From an uncultured delta proteobacterium (lineage in GTDB: Bacteria; Desulfobacterota; Binatia; UBA9968), in assembly GCA_963737905.1 (NCBI GenBank), contig CAVTUQ010000014.1:64001-128000 (forward strand): a stretch of DNA of 64,000 bases, written 5' to 3'. The stretch's first letter is position 1. Each line of letters starts with the position of its first letter. Shown piece after piece: positions 10,307 to 22,481 of this stretch. The position numbers and the translations under genes were made by a program. The notes under the pieces are model-generated. The model searched no databases, was not told where the DNA came from, and saw only the letters and a list, made by a program, of their open reading frames with translations.

Positions 10307-10663
10307 CTACCCGGGAAACAAAACCAATATCCAAACAGCCACCGAAAGCACGATCGCGCAGAAAACAGCTGCCGAACCGAAATCTTTTGCTTTCCTCGAA
10401 AGCTCATGGCGATCCCTGCCTATGCGATCGACTGCGGCTTCGATGGCCGAGTTGATCATCTCGACCACAATCACCAACATCCAACTTCCAATTAGCAAAG
10501 CGCGTTCCACACCCGTAGTTGTCAAGAGCCAGGCTGCGGGGATAACCAGAATCAAAATCAGGAGTTCCTGTCGAAACGCTTGTTCCGAGCGAAAGGCATC
10601 GCGCAGGCCAACTAAGGAATCGATGGTCGCTTGCACAAGGTGATTTAAAGGCTCAAACGCCAT
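10307..10663 (-). CDS. dgkA: Diacylglycerol kinase (prokaryotic)
   Basis: EQAFRQE, EMINSAIEAAVD, HELSRKAKDFGSAAV. Confidence 0.92.
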   Translation of the reverse strand: MAFEPLNHLVQATIDSLVGLRDAFRSEQAFRQELLILILVIPAAWLLTTTGVERALLIGSWMLVIVVEMINSAIEAAVDRIGRDRHELSRKAKDFGSAAVFCAIVLSVAVWILVLFPG

Positions 10664-10735
10664 AGCCGCATCCCCGCGCTCTCATACCGGGCATCCGGGC
10701 CATGGCCATTGGTTGAACGCCGTCAGGGTTCCAAC

Positions 10736-12958
10736 TCAGCGCTGTTTAAGGGCCGCCAACACTTTTTCCGCTGTAATAGGGAGCGACATGATGCGTGCCC
10801 CGATAGCGTCTTCTACTGCATTGGCGATGGCCGCGGCCGTCGGAATGATAGCCGTCTCACCGATGCTCATACTGTTATACGGCCCGCTGCCGGTGTCGGA
10901 TTGGAAGATAGCGGTTTTTAGCTGTGGAATATCCTTGATATTAGGAATCTTATAGTCGCCGAGGTTAGCATTGAGGACTTTACCGCCATCGTCTGTCATG
11001 ATTTGTTCCATGATACCGTACCCCATCCCCATCACCACGGCGCCGTCGATCTGGCCCTGATGGGTTAGAGGATTCAAAATGCTCCCCGTGTTATGGGAAG
11101 TCGTAATGCGCCGCACATCCACCTCGCCGGTTTCATCGTCTACCTCCACCTCCACCACCTGCGCCACCGTGGAGGTCTCCGGCCCCTCTTTCATGTTCAT
11201 GTAATGTCCTTCCGCGATGATCGGACTGCCATTGCTCCGAGCAATCTCAGCAAAGCTCATCCGCCTTTCAGCGCGGCCATGAGTCACGCCGCCGTCATAC
11301 AATATCAATTCTTCAGGCGACGCACTCATCGCCCGCGCGGCGGCTCGCAAAATTTCTTCGCGTGCTTTCTTCCCCGCCTCAAAAGCCGATCCCCCGTGGA
11401 CTCGGGTGCTGCTGCTCCCGCGCACCCCCGTATCCCTCAGCACCTTGGTCGTATCGAGGATCTCGACTTTGATTGAATCGAGGGACACTTTGATCTCCTC
11501 GGCGACGATCTGGCGCATAATGGTGTAGGCGCCCGGGCCCGTATCCGTAACCGCCGTAGACAGCGTCACCTCTCCCGTCTCGTCGATCTTAACAAAGCAG
11601 TACGACTCCCCGCCCTTGGAAACCCAATTGCCTACGGCGCATCCGCGCCCCACGTTCTTTGCCTTGGCGGCATGAAATCCCGACTCTTCCAAGGCTTTCT
11701 TCAATGTCTCCGCCGCTTTAACGTGAGCGATGCTCTCTCCCACCGGAAAATGGTCGCCGTCCTGCATAAAGTTGATACGCCGGTATTCCGCCGGATCGAT
11801 GCCCAATTTTTTTGCCACGATGTTCGCCTGGCTTTCGCTGGCAAAACAGCCCTGCGGGTGGCCCGGCGCCCGCATGTATCCGCAAGGAAATTTGTTGGTG
11901 TAAACGTATTTTTCTTCGATGTGGGTGTTGGGGATCCGGTAGGGCCCCGAGGCCTCGTGCGCGCCCACGAGAAAACCCTGCGGCCGATAGGCTCCGTAAG
12001 CGCCGCTGTCAAAAATATATTCCATCCGCTGGGCAATCAGCAGCCCGTTTTTTTTCACGCCGGTCTTGATCCTGATCGTTGCCCCGTGGCGCGGATTGCC
12101 GGCAATCAGCTCCTCCGTATAGTCGATGAGAAATTTCACGGGACGACCGCTCCTCTTCGAAAGTACGTAGCAAAGAGCGACTTCGTTGGCATCTCCCTTG
12201 CCGCCGAAATCGCCGCCGACATAACAGGGATGAATAACAATGGCCGCGGGGGAAATTTGCAGAGCGCTTCCCACTTGCTCGCGCATGGCGAACGGGCTCT
12301 TGGTTGAAGCCCATACCTCGGCACCGCCGTCGGGCTTTACATGCACGACGCAGGAATGGGGCTCAATATAGGCCTGATGAACCGCCGGTACCTGGAAGGT
12401 GTTTTCAACGACGACGTCGGACTGCCGAAATCCCTCTTCGACGTCCCCCTTGTTCCATGTCAAGTGAACGAATACATTGCTCGGCACTTCAATCTTTTGC
12501 AAAAGCCCTTTGTACTGTGCCATGTCTGGATGAAGCAGCGGCGCAGACGATTGGACTGCGTCGAGGGGGTCGGTTACCGCAGGAAGCTCTTCGTATTCTA
12601 CGTCAATCAAATCCACCGCCCGCTCGGCCGCTTCTTCGGTTTCAGCAGCTACGGCCGCCACCTTCTCCCCGATGTACCGGACAACACCGTCGGCCAACAG
12701 CGGTATATCCACAATCTTCTTACCGATCTTTATGCCGGCGATCTCTTGCCCGGTAAGAACGACCCTTACCCCGGGCAATTTTTGTGCTTCCGTGATGTCG
12801 ATCTTTTTGATCTTCCCGTGGGGAATGGGACTCCGCAGCACTTTGACCCAAAGGATGTTCGGCAGCGCGACATCCACCGCGTAGAGCGCCTTGCCGCCAA
12901 CTTTTTCCTCTCCCTCGACCCGCGGGCTGGGTATACCTACGCTTCGAATCTCCGCCAT
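10736..12958 (-). CDS. Xanthine dehydrogenase/CoxL-family molybdopterin-binding large subunit
   Basis: RSPIPHG, VHQAYIEPH, VGGDFGGK, YMRAPG, NPLTHQGQIDG, SIGE. Confidence 0.92.
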   Translation of the reverse strand: MAEIRSVGIPSPRVEGEEKVGGKALYAVDVALPNILWVKVLRSPIPHGKIKKIDITEAQKLPGVRVVLTGQEIAGIKIGKKIVDIPLLADGVVRYIGEKVAAVAAETEEAAERAVDLIDVEYEELPAVTDPLDAVQSSAPLLHPDMAQYKGLLQKIEVPSNVFVHLTWNKGDVEEGFRQSDVVVENTFQVPAVHQAYIEPHSCVVHVKPDGGAEVWASTKSPFAMREQVGSALQISPAAIVIHPCYVGGDFGGKGDANEVALCYVLSKRSGRPVKFLIDYTEELIAGNPRHGATIRIKTGVKKNGLLIAQRMEYIFDSGAYGAYRPQGFLVGAHEASGPYRIPNTHIEEKYVYTNKFPCGYMRAPGHPQGCFASESQANIVAKKLGIDPAEYRRINFMQDGDHFPVGESIAHVKAAETLKKALEESGFHAAKAKNVGRGCAVGNWVSKGGESYCFVKIDETGEVTLSTAVTDTGPGAYTIMRQIVAEEIKVSLDSIKVEILDTTKVLRDTGVRGSSSTRVHGGSAFEAGKKAREEILRAAARAMSASPEELILYDGGVTHGRAERRMSFAEIARSNGSPIIAEGHYMNMKEGPETSTVAQVVEVEVDDETGEVDVRRITTSHNTGSILNPLTHQGQIDGAVVMGMGYGIMEQIMTDDGGKVLNANLGDYKIPNIKDIPQLKTAIFQSDTGSGPYNSMSIGETAIIPTAAAIANAVEDAIGARIMSLPITAEKVLAALKQR

Positions 12959-13045
12959 GAGATCACCTCCCTAAATGAATATTTTGCCATATGGTTCGGC
13001 GACGGAAACGTTGTGGCGAACCGATGGAGCCCACCTTTGACGTAA

Positions 13046-13100
13046 GTTCAAGGTTCAATGTTCCAGGTTCAACGTTTCAACTTGCTTTGGACCTTGAACT
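13046..13100. repeat. Degenerate heptamer tandem repeat with inverted arm
   Basis: gttcaag gttcaat gttccag gttcaac ... ccttgaact. Confidence 0.55.
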
Positions 13101-13892
13101 CTAGACGACCAATCGCATCTGGTCTGTCGCCATGACGATGTGTCGTGTAAACTCCTTACTCGCATCGTTAAACAAAGGTTCCTTCTTCGTGTCGGGCTGT
13201 AGGTGAGTCAGAACCAGCTGATTCGCCCCGGCCTGACGCGCCACCTGTCCCACATGGGCGGGGTGACTGTGACTACGATAGTGGCCGGAGTCGGGTGGGA
13301 AATACATCGCCTCATGAATCAAAACGTCGACACCCGCTGCGCCGTTCCTCACTGCATCGCAGGGGGCCGTGTCGCCGGTAAAGAATACCCGCTTACCGTC
13401 ACCCTCAATAAGAAAACCCAACGACAGCGGAATCGGCCAGTGAACGACCTCGATGGCTCGAATCCGCCACCCTTCTCCTTCCGCAACGGCTCCATCACGC
13501 ATTTCGGTGACATTGATATTGATATCCGCTTCGGCGTCGGACTTCCTCAAATTCTTCCGCGCCGCGATGTCGATCTTGTAGGCCTCCTCAAATAGGGCAT
13601 CGGACATCGCCCTCGTGCCGGGGGGTCCATAGACCTGCAGTATGTGTCGGCGCCCGAAGCGCCACGACGTCAAGACCAGCAAGGCATAATCCGCCACATG
13701 ATCATAATGACCGTGAGTCAGAAAACAGTGAGTGATGCTGTTTGGTTCGATATGCAGCCGCGCCATCTGCTGCACGCAGGCTCGGCCGCAGTCGAGAAGA
13801 ATCCTAGCGGATCCGACGTCCACCAGGATTGCCGAGCTGCCGCGCAGTGGATCCTGGTAGGGTGTTCCTGTTCCGAGAAAGCAAATCTCCAT
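13101..13892 (-). CDS. MBL-fold metallo-hydrolase (RNase Z/AtsA-like)
   Basis: FLGTG, LLDCG, THGHYDH, TGDT, LIHEA, SHS, LTHL. Confidence 0.88.
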   Translation of the reverse strand: MEICFLGTGTPYQDPLRGSSAILVDVGSARILLDCGRACVQQMARLHIEPNSITHCFLTHGHYDHVADYALLVLTSWRFGRRHILQVYGPPGTRAMSDALFEEAYKIDIAARKNLRKSDAEADININVTEMRDGAVAEGEGWRIRAIEVVHWPIPLSLGFLIEGDGKRVFFTGDTAPCDAVRNGAAGVDVLIHEAMYFPPDSGHYRSHSHPAHVGQVARQAGANQLVLTHLQPDTKKEPLFNDASKEFTRHIVMATDQMRLVV

Positions 13893-13919
13893 GATAACTC
13901 CCTATTATCTAAATCTCAT

Positions 13920-13980
13920 TGGAATCATGGAATAATGAAAAACCCAATATTCCAGTATTCTATCATTCCTTTATTCCAGT
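13920..13980. repeat. Degenerate octamer tandem/inverted repeat
   Basis: tggaatca tggaataa ... caatattc cagtattc tatcattc ctttattc. Confidence 0.5.
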
Positions 13981-16900
13981 TCTCCTGATTTCTGTCGCAG
14001 CCGGCTCAACACCGCCCCCAACAACCCGATGTCAACGGGCGCGCCATTCTGGTACGCGATGACCTGACTGGAGTAAGGTGAAATTCGGCCGCCTGGCGTC
14101 AGGATACCGACGAGGTTCAACGGATCAGCGCAGGAAATCACCACGGGCTCCTGTGGGTCTTTAGAGCGGCGTTCCGCTCGTAACCTCTCGACGGCCTCCG
14201 GCAACGCGAATTGCTCGCCAACGAAACCGTTGACGAAACGGCCGCCACGAATCTCGCCCCGCGCCTCCAGGCGCCGGTAGACAGCCAGCAGACTTCTCCA
14301 CGACGGCGCGCAGGATTCGCGGGCGAGCAAGTCTCGAAACATGACTCCGTAGCGACGCAAAAGCTGCCATGCCCGACGCTCGATCGCTTTCTCTGTTTCA
14401 ACCGGCAGTACGCTTGTGCGCTCCCGCCATAAGGACCAACGTCCCACCGGCATCATTCTTTCCGCCGCACGGCCACCGCTAATGATGCGCAGGCGGTGAC
14501 GCCTGCCCTTTCTTTTGGTCTCCGGCGTCAGCAGAATTCTGAGGCCTGCAATCCCATCGCCGGTTGCGAAACCGTGCGCCACGAGTTGCCACAGGGCCTC
14601 TTCGGCTTTGACTTTCAATAGCCCGGTGCCGCGCGCGATATCGGAGAGAAACGAGGCGCCGCGTTGCGCCAAATAGCGACCCACTTCCCGGGCCATGGGA
14701 GACAGACCCGCGGCCTCTTCCCATTCAGGAACCGTACCTTCGAGAAACAATTCAAACTCGTCGCGCAGCAGAAATGCGATGGGCGCCGTGCGTGTGGGCA
14801 CGAGCAACCTGCGCCGTCGTCGCTTGAGTATTCTACCCGCATCGTCAGTTTCCTGGGGGTCATCATTCAATCGCAAACGGCCCCAAGTGATTACCCCGGC
14901 CAGGCAGAGGTCTTCGAGATGCGACGGGTCGTAATCCTTAATCCGCGCGGGTAGAACGTGCTGCTCCCAGGCCGGTGCCGGCAGCTCGAGTCCCTGCAAC
15001 TGGCGAATGACTTCCAAAACTCCGTCGCGCCCGCGCAGTTGGGTCTTGGCAGCCACATGCTGCCAAACCAAAAGAAATTGGATGAAATCCGCCGCTGAAA
15101 CAGGCTCGATCTCCTTACGCATCCGCCCCAGGGTCAGCCGATGAATCCTGGACAAGAGCAATCGGTCGCACCATTCGACGGCCTCTCCTCGAGCAACCGT
15201 GAATTCCCCGCGCAGAACGATGCCGTCGGACTCCAACGCCAGTAACGCGGTTTCAATTTTTGACGCCCCGATGCTCAATCGGCGGGACAATTCGCTGGCC
15301 GTCGTCGGTCCCAAGGCCTCGATCCAGCCGTGAATGATTTTTCGCGTAGCTTCTTCCTCCGACGCCGGGACCCCCATTAGTCCCTCCGGCAAACGAAGCT
15401 CGGGATGCAGAACGGCCATGGGGAGTACCAACCGCACCAGTGCGAGACGTTCGGCTGCTACATAGGCCTGCTGTGTTTCCCCGCTTGGGTCTGCGGGCCA
15501 GCTTAACAAGGTCGCCCTCCCGGTATCGATCAGCTGCCGCGCCAGGAGAGACCACTCCTTCCCTTCTCCAACAGGCAGTAAACAGACACTCAACATGAAG
15601 TCATGGAGCTCATCCGCATCGCGCACATCGGGCCAAGCTTGATCGCATACTTCTTGGATAGCCGCGGGATCCAAACGTCCCAATTCGCCATCCATCCATG
15701 GATCCACACGTCTTAACGACACCGCCCGGGCCCGCCTCTCTTCGAGCGGCGCGTCATCCAAAAAGGCATAGGGATTGGCATTGAGAATTTCATGGGCCAT
15801 CGCGGAAGGCGCTGGCGTATCAATGGCTAGAGTGCGAATTTCCTCCCCGCCGATCTTACCGAGAAGTTCCCGCAGGCCCTCTAAATCCATCGCCTCGTGG
15901 AGGCAATCGCGCAAAGTCTCGTTGACCAACGGATGATCGGGGATTTGTATGGGTCCCACTTGGTTGTCCTGACACATCACCTGTTCCGGAAACACGGCAC
16001 CCAACAAGTCTTCGGCGCGCATGCGCTGCAAAGCAACCGGCACTTTCTTGCCGCCACTATGGCGCGCCACCGCCAGCGCGCGGGTGGCATTCCAGCGCCA
16101 GCGATTAGTAAAAAAGGGAGAGGCAAGCACCGCCTGGGTCAACTCGCGCTCCACGATTGCCGGCCGCACCATGGAAAATACGTCAGCCGTAGGAAACGAA
16201 TGCTGCTCCACAAGTGAAATAACAATCCCGTCGTCCGTGGCAGCGGCTTGCAGTTCTCGGTCGAAATTGACGCAGAAGCGTTTTCTGAGCGCCAAGCCCC
16301 AGGCGCGATTAATGCCATTGCCCCAGGGAGAGTGAATCACCAGTTGCATGCCGCCCGCTTCATCGAAAAAACGCTCCGCGACGATCTGCGGTTTGCGTGG
16401 GAATGCATCCCAGAACCGCCCTGGTTTCTTTGACATAGTTGACAATTTGCTCGGCGACGCCGTCTGTAATACCGGTTTCTTCGTTGAGCCAGCGCTGCGC
16501 CTCGTTGGGATCGGCAAGTCGTTCGTTCACTTCGCGCCGAAGATCGGATACCGCCGCCGAAAGCTCCCGAGTGCGCGCCGGCGCTTCGCCGAACCAAAAC
16601 GGGATGCTGGGCGGCAACCCCTGGGCATCCTCGACCCAAACCTTGCCGGAGCCGACCCGCCGAATACGCCACGATCGATTGCCCAACAGAAAGATATCCC
16701 CCGCGAGACTCTCGATGGCAAAATCTTCATTCACTTTGCCCACAAGGATCTCATCGGGAAATTGAATAACATCATAATCAGCGGTGTCTGGAATAGCGCC
16801 GCCATTCGTAATGGCGGTGAGCCGCGCGCCGCGTCGAGGGCGCAGCATGCCGTTAATTCGGTCGCGGTGAATATAGGCGCCCCGCCGGCCTCTCCGTGTC

Positions 16901-18334
16901 GACACCCCTTCGGACAACATCTCCAAGAGCTGCTCAAATTCGGCTTTTGTCAGGTTTCGGTATGGATAGGCCCGCCGGACGAGTTCCCACAGGGTTTCCT
17001 CTCTCAATCCGGAACTGGGCTGTTCGTCTTCCTGGTTCTTGCTTTTGGCTCCCGCTTCGAGGCTAGCGACCGCCGCTACCATCTGTTGAGCCAGTACATC
17101 CAATGGCTTTTCCGGAATCTTCAGGCGGTCTAACTGCCCTTCCCTGACCGCGCGAATTCCGGCTACGCACTGCACCAGATCATCCCGAGTCAAAGGATAG
17201 AAGACCCCCTTCGGAATGGCGCCGAGCCAGTGGCCAGAACGCCCTACCCGCTGCAGCAAAATGTTTATCGTGCGCGGCGAACCGATATGGCATACCAGAT
17301 CGACATGGCCGATATCGATGCCGAGTTCTAGGGACGCGGTGGCCACCACCACCGGGAGCTCGCCGGACTTGAGCGTCTCTTCGACTTGGAGCCGAGTTTT
17401 CCGAGATAAACTCCCATGGTGCGCCCCCACCTTGTCTTCGCCCATTCGCTCGCTTAGCTGGTGTGCCACCCGCTCGACAAAACGCCGCGTATTGACAAAA
17501 ACCAGGGTCGTGCGATGGGCCTTGATCTGGGCGACTATCTTCTCATAGACCTCGGCCCACATCTCGTGCGTGGCGATGGCGCCCAGTTCCTGATCGGGAA
17601 GCTCGACCTTCAGATCCAAATCCCGCTTGTGACCGACATCGACGATGTCACAGTCCGGGTTGCCGCCGGGCGAGCACGCGCTCGTTGCCGACCAAAAGGC
17701 GCGCGACTTCTTCAATGGGCTTCTGTGTGGCGCTTAATCCGATACGTTGCAGGGGCTGTCCGGTGAGAGCCTCGAGACGCTCTAGGGAAAGCGCAAGGTG
17801 CGCGCCCCGTTTGTCCTGAGCGACCGCATGGATCTCGTCCACGATCACCGTCTCTGCCGTCTTCAAAAAACGCCGGCTACCTTCCGCCGTAAGAAGAATA
17901 TAGAGCGATTCAGGAGTGGTAATCAGGATGTGGGGCGGTGTTCGCACCATAGACTGCCGTTCGTTCGCCGGCGTATCGCCCGAGCGGACAGCCACACGAA
18001 TTTCAGGAATAAGAATCCCCTCAGACCACGCCAGTTGAAGAATCTCGGCCAGCGGCTGTTTGAGGTTCTTGGCGATATCGTTGCCGAGAGCCTTCAGAGG
18101 AGAGACATAGACAACGCTCGTCGTGTCGTCCAATTGACCGCTGACCGCCCTTTGGAATAATCGATCGATGGACCAGAGAAAAGCGGCTAAGGTTTTCCCG
18201 GAACCGGTCGGAGCCGCAATAAGCGTGGATCTTCCGCTCGCAATCGACGCCCAGCCCCTCTGCTGTGACGGCGTGGGTTTTTCGAAGCGCTGTTTGAACC
18301 AGCGCCAGACTAATGGATGAAAACCGATATCCAT
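13971..18334 (-). CDS. lhr: Lhr-family DEAD/DEAH-box helicase, split by two +1 indels (about 17672 and 16390), probably sequencing errors
   Basis: APTGSGKT, DEIH, GLSAT, HHGSL, ATASLELGID, QRVGRSGH, ERFFDEAGG, IRGGRFV across three overlapping ORFs that join by removing one base each. Confidence 0.88.
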
Positions 18335-18420
18335 CGATGTGTCTCCAATGGCGAGGAGAAATTTAGAATAGAGGCAAAGTTAGGACAGGTCAACAATAAC
18401 TGAATTGCACCGAGATGACT

Positions 18421-18780
18421 TCACTTGGCAGGCTGGGCAGCCGGGGCCCCTTTAATTGGAATGCCCCTCTTCTCGAGCTCTTCCACCGCCGCCTTGGCCG
18501 CGGGATTACCCTGCTGCGCAAGTTCGGCGGTCTTGCTGACGAGCGACTGCAGCTGGGTTTGCATCTTTTGGGATTCTTGCATGGCTGACTCGAAATTGGC
18601 TTTTACGGCGGTCAGGTTATTTCGATCGATAATCAACTGTAGGGTTTGAAAGGCAAACCAGATGAGAACGGAAGCTATGGTTAGGATGAGAGGCAAACTC
18701 GAACCGCGCAACTCCCGGGGCTCGACTGCCGCAATCGGTGGATCTTGAGTTTCCTCGATCGTGGGCGTTTCGTTTTCCAC
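18421..18780 (-). CDS. Small single-TM coiled-coil protein
   Basis: 119 aa, TM segment then heptad-rich region; in operon downstream of lepB. Confidence 0.7.
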   Translation of the reverse strand: MENETPTIEETQDPPIAAVEPRELRGSSLPLILTIASVLIWFAFQTLQLIIDRNNLTAVKANFESAMQESQKMQTQLQSLVSKTAELAQQGNPAAKAAVEELEKRGIPIKGAPAAQPAK

Positions 18781-18786
18781 GATAGT

Positions 18787-19074
18787 TTACTTTCCGCCGC
18801 CCGCCTGGGGAGATGGCTCGCCGAAATTGATGCCCTGCGATGCGAGCAAACTCTTGAGCTGGTCGTTTTTGGTTTTCAAGGCAACGGTTGCCAAAACAGT
18901 GATAATTTCTCGATGCAGTCCTTCCAGTTGAATACTCTGCGTCAGAAATTGTTGTCGCTCGTTAACTTCCGCCCGAAGCGATTGATTGCCGAGACTCAGT
19001 AGGATATTCACCAATACAAAAATGAGCATCACTACGGCCAGGGCCGCTAAAATAGTTTTTCCTTTGTAAACCAT
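18787..19074 (-). CDS. Small single-TM coiled-coil protein
   Basis: 95 aa, N-terminal TM, coiled coil, C-terminal L..QGI like its neighbour. Confidence 0.7.
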   Translation of the reverse strand: MVYKGKTILAALAVVMLIFVLVNILLSLGNQSLRAEVNERQQFLTQSIQLEGLHREIITVLATVALKTKNDQLKSLLASQGINFGEPSPQAGGGK

Positions 19075-19082
19075 TTAATAAC

Positions 19083-19751
19083 TCAGCGAATTAAGCTTGC
19101 GAGCCGTTCCCAACGCACCCAACGGTCGCCCCCATCCCAGGACCAATAGATCAAGAACGCTTTCCCTCTGACGTCGTCTAGATTCACATATCCCCAGAAA
19201 CGGCTGTCGTAGCTGCGATCGCGATTGTCACCCATGACGAAGAGGTGATTTTCCGGCACTTTCGTGGGACCGTAATCGTCCCGACTGGCCGGCAAAATGT
19301 TTTGCGGGTCGTCGCCTTCGAAATGGGCATGAGGATCCTCTACCTGCTGGCCGTTGATGTAGATTTTCTTGCCGCGGACTTCCACCGTATCTCCGGCAAC
19401 ACCGACCACCCGCTTGATAAAATCCTTCGAACGATCCTCCGGAAAGATAAACACAATCACATCGCCCCTTTGGACCTTTCCGAAATCCACAAGATAATGG
19501 CCCCAGAGCGGAACGCGTATGCCATAAGCCAATTTGTTTACCAAGATGTGATCGCCAATCTGCAGTGTCGGGATCATCGAGCCGGACGGTATCTTGAACG
19601 CCTGAACAATAAAGGTCCGTATGAACAGCGCCAACAGTAAAGCCATACCGATGGCTTCCACGTATTCGCGGAACGTGGACTTGGTTTTCACAGTCTCTTG
19701 GGTTTCCATGTGAGATCGTTCCTTCGCCTTTGTCGCTTTATCGATGGACAT
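19083..19751 (-). CDS. lepB: Signal peptidase I (start possibly 19709)
   Basis: IPSGSMIPTL, DFIKRVVG, MGDNRDRSYDSRFWG; follows lepA. Confidence 0.95.
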   Translation of the reverse strand: MSIDKATKAKERSHMETQETVKTKSTFREYVEAIGMALLLALFIRTFIVQAFKIPSGSMIPTLQIGDHILVNKLAYGIRVPLWGHYLVDFGKVQRGDVIVFIFPEDRSKDFIKRVVGVAGDTVEVRGKKIYINGQQVEDPHAHFEGDDPQNILPASRDDYGPTKVPENHLFVMGDNRDRSYDSRFWGYVNLDDVRGKAFLIYWSWDGGDRWVRWERLASLIR

Positions 19752-19764
19752 GAATCACCCCGGT

Positions 19765-21558
19765 TTAGACTTTCAAAGCGGCGAGGAACGCCTCTTGCGG
19801 AATCTCTACTTTGCCGACTTGTTTCATTCGTTTCTTACCTTCTTTCTGTCGCTCCAGCAGTTTGCGCTTGCGCGTAATATCGCCGCCATAGCATTTGGCC
19901 GTGACGTTTTTTCTTAGCGGCTTCACCGACTCGCGCGCAATAATCCGGCTGCCAATGGCCGCTTGAATGACGACTTCGAAAAGTTGCCGGGGTATCAATT
20001 CCCGCATGCGCTGGACCAATTCCCGTCCTCTATAATAGGCTTTGTCCCGGTGAACGATCATCGACATCGCATCGACCAGGTCGCCATTGATGCGCACATC
20101 CAGCTTCACCAGCTCGGCGGGACGATAGCCCGCCAATTCATAATCCATGGAAGCGTACCCGCGGCTAACCGATTTCAATCGATCGTAAAAGTCGACAACG
20201 ATTTCGTTCAGCGGCAACTCGTAGACCAGCAGGACTCGCTTGGGCCCAAGGTAACGAATCTCCTTTTGCGTACCCCGCTTCTCCTCGCAGATACCGAGCA
20301 CGCCGCCGAGAAACTCCTGTGGTAAATGGATGGTCGCTTGAATCACCGGCTCCTCGATCCGCTCCATATCTGATTCTGACGGGAGCTTGACCGGATTGTC
20401 AATAAGCAGGGTGTTTCCCGTCCTGGTGATGACGCGATAAACCACAGTGGCGGCGGTCGTTATAAGACTCAACCCAAACTCACGCTCCAACCGTTCGCGG
20501 ATAATATCCATGTGCAGCAGGCCCAGAAATCCACAGCGGAAACCAAACCCTAAAGCCTGGGAGGTTTCGGGTTCAAAGGTAAAAGACGAATCGTTGAGCC
20601 GCAGTTTGTCTAACGCATCACGCAGGCCCTGGTACTGATTGGCGTCCGTCGGATAGAGACCGCTGAACACCATGGGTTTCATGGGCTTGAATCCGGGAAG
20701 CGGCTCGCTGGCAGGGCGCTCGTCGGCAGTGATGGTATCTCCGACAGATGTTTCCCCGACTTCCTTGATGCCGGCCATAAGAAACCCTACCTCGCCGGCC
20801 TTCATTTCCGCCACTTCGACGGGTCCCGGGGCGTAGATGCCGACGCGCGTTACCTCAAAGACTCTCCCACTGGACATCATGCGGATCTTCATCCCTTTTT
20901 GAACCTTGCCGTCGAAGATCCGCATCATCACGACGGCGCCATGATAAGGATCAAACCAACTATCGATGATCAAGGCTCGCAACGGCGCATCCGCGCTACC
21001 CTGTGGCGGCGGAAATTGCTTGATGATGCCCTCGAGAATGTCCTCGGTCCCGATCCCTTCTTTGGCGCTGGCCAAGATCGAGCTGGAGGCATCGATTCCG
21101 ATCACATCCTCGATCTCTTTTATGACCCGCTGCGGATCGGCGCTCGGTAGGTCGATCTTGTTGATCACCGGAAGAATCTCCAAATTGTGATCGAGAGCCA
21201 TATGGACGTTCGCCACCGTCTGCGCCTCGACTCCCTGTGCGGCATCGACCACAAGCAAGGCTCCCTCGCAGGCCCCGAGACTCCTAGATACTTCATAGGT
21301 GAAATCGACATGCCCGGGGGTGTCGATCAAGTTCAGCTTGTATTCTCTGCCGTCTTTGGCCCGGTAACGCAGACAGACCGGACTGGCCTTGATCGTGATC
21401 CCCCGCTCTCGCTCAAGATCCATGCTGTCAAGGATCTGATCGGTCTTCTCCCGTTCGCTCACCGCCCCGGTAAATTCCAGTAACCGATCCGCGAGGGTGG
21501 ATTTGCCGTGATCAATGTGAGCAATGATGGAAAAATTGCGGATATGGTCCAGATTCAT
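19765..21558 (-). CDS. lepA: Elongation factor 4 (LepA)
   Basis: [54 protein letters not shown]; start MNLDHIR overlaps the upstream stop. Confidence 0.97.
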   Translation of the reverse strand: MNLDHIRNFSIIAHIDHGKSTLADRLLEFTGAVSEREKTDQILDSMDLERERGITIKASPVCLRYRAKDGREYKLNLIDTPGHVDFTYEVSRSLGACEGALLVVDAAQGVEAQTVANVHMALDHNLEILPVINKIDLPSADPQRVIKEIEDVIGIDASSSILASAKEGIGTEDILEGIIKQFPPPQGSADAPLRALIIDSWFDPYHGAVVMMRIFDGKVQKGMKIRMMSSGRVFEVTRVGIYAPGPVEVAEMKAGEVGFLMAGIKEVGETSVGDTITADERPASEPLPGFKPMKPMVFSGLYPTDANQYQGLRDALDKLRLNDSSFTFEPETSQALGFGFRCGFLGLLHMDIIRERLEREFGLSLITTAATVVYRVITRTGNTLLIDNPVKLPSESDMERIEEPVIQATIHLPQEFLGGVLGICEEKRGTQKEIRYLGPKRVLLVYELPLNEIVVDFYDRLKSVSRGYASMDYELAGYRPAELVKLDVRINGDLVDAMSMIVHRDKAYYRGRELVQRMRELIPRQLFEVVIQAAIGSRIIARESVKPLRKNVTAKCYGGDITRKRKLLERQKEGKKRMKQVGKVEIPQEAFLAALKV

Positions 21559-22481
21559 GACGGACCGGCCTTTTGATAGTAGGCAAGGGTCTGGCGTAAC
21601 CCCTCTTTCAGGTCGACTTCCGGTCTCCATCCCAACACGTTTTGCGCCAGCGACGTTGCCAAGCAGCTCCGCCGCTGTTCACCCAATTTGGCCGGACCAT
21701 GAATCGCCGCCACTGGCGACCCCACGCCATCCCGCAGGAGCTCACAGATTGTCACGACATCCGTTTCTTTGCCGGTGCCGATGTTCACGGCGCCGACATA
21801 GCGGGTATCGAGGGCCGCGATATTGGCTCTTACGACATCGCCAACAAAAACATAGTCGCGAGTTTGCTTCCCGTCGCCGTTGATCACGGGACTTTTGCCG
21901 GAAAGAAGCTGCGAGATAAATATCGCAACGACGCCAGCTTCGCCCTGGGTCGACTGCCGCGGTCCATACACATTCGCGTAGCGAAGCGCGACGTAAGGCA
22001 AACCGAACGCCATGTGATAGTAGCCGAGATAAAGCTCGCCTGTGAGTTTGCTGACTCCGTAGGGACTGAGGGGCAGGGTCTCATGCTCCTCAGCGGCCGG
22101 TATCGGCTCGCGGTCCCCATACACGGCACCGCCCGAGGATGAAAAAATGATCTTTTTCACGCCCCCATCTTTAGCGGCTTCAAGCAAATGGATGAAGCCG
22201 ATGATATTGATACGCGCGTCGAAGCTCGGATCCGCCACCGAACGGCGGACATCCATCTGCGCCGCATGGTGGTTCAAAACATCCGGCTTGATTTCCGCAA
22301 CCAACTGGGTCGCTTTGGGATCCGCGATATCGACAGTGTAAATTTTGGCGCCGGGATTCAGGTTTCTCTTTTGTCCGGTGGACAGGTCATCAATAATATA
22401 TACCTCGTGGCCACGTTGAATGTAAGCGTCGACGATATGGGATGCGATGAAACCCGCCCCGCCCGTCACCACAATTTTCAT
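21555..22481 (-). CDS. NAD-dependent epimerase/dehydratase (UDP-glucose 4-epimerase-like)
   Basis: [30 protein letters not shown]. Confidence 0.88.
   Translation of the reverse strand: MKIVVTGGAGFIASHIVDAYIQRGHEVYIIDDLSTGQKRNLNPGAKIYTVDIADPKATQLVAEIKPDVLNHHAAQMDVRRSVADPSFDARINIIGFIHLLEAAKDGGVKKIIFSSSGGAVYGDREPIPAAEEHETLPLSPYGVSKLTGELYLGYYHMAFGLPYVALRYANVYGPRQSTQGEAGVVAIFISQLLSGKSPVINGDGKQTRDYVFVGDVVRANIAALDTRYVGAVNIGTGKETDVVTICELLRDGVGSPVAAIHGPAKLGEQRRSCLATSLAQNVLGWRPEVDLKEGLRQTLAYYQKAGPS

Noticed and set aside
13971-18334. Programmed frameshifting or a split Lhr system
   Set aside because: No slippery sequences at the junctions, and the same +1 error type occurs in icd, mtnP and pfkB
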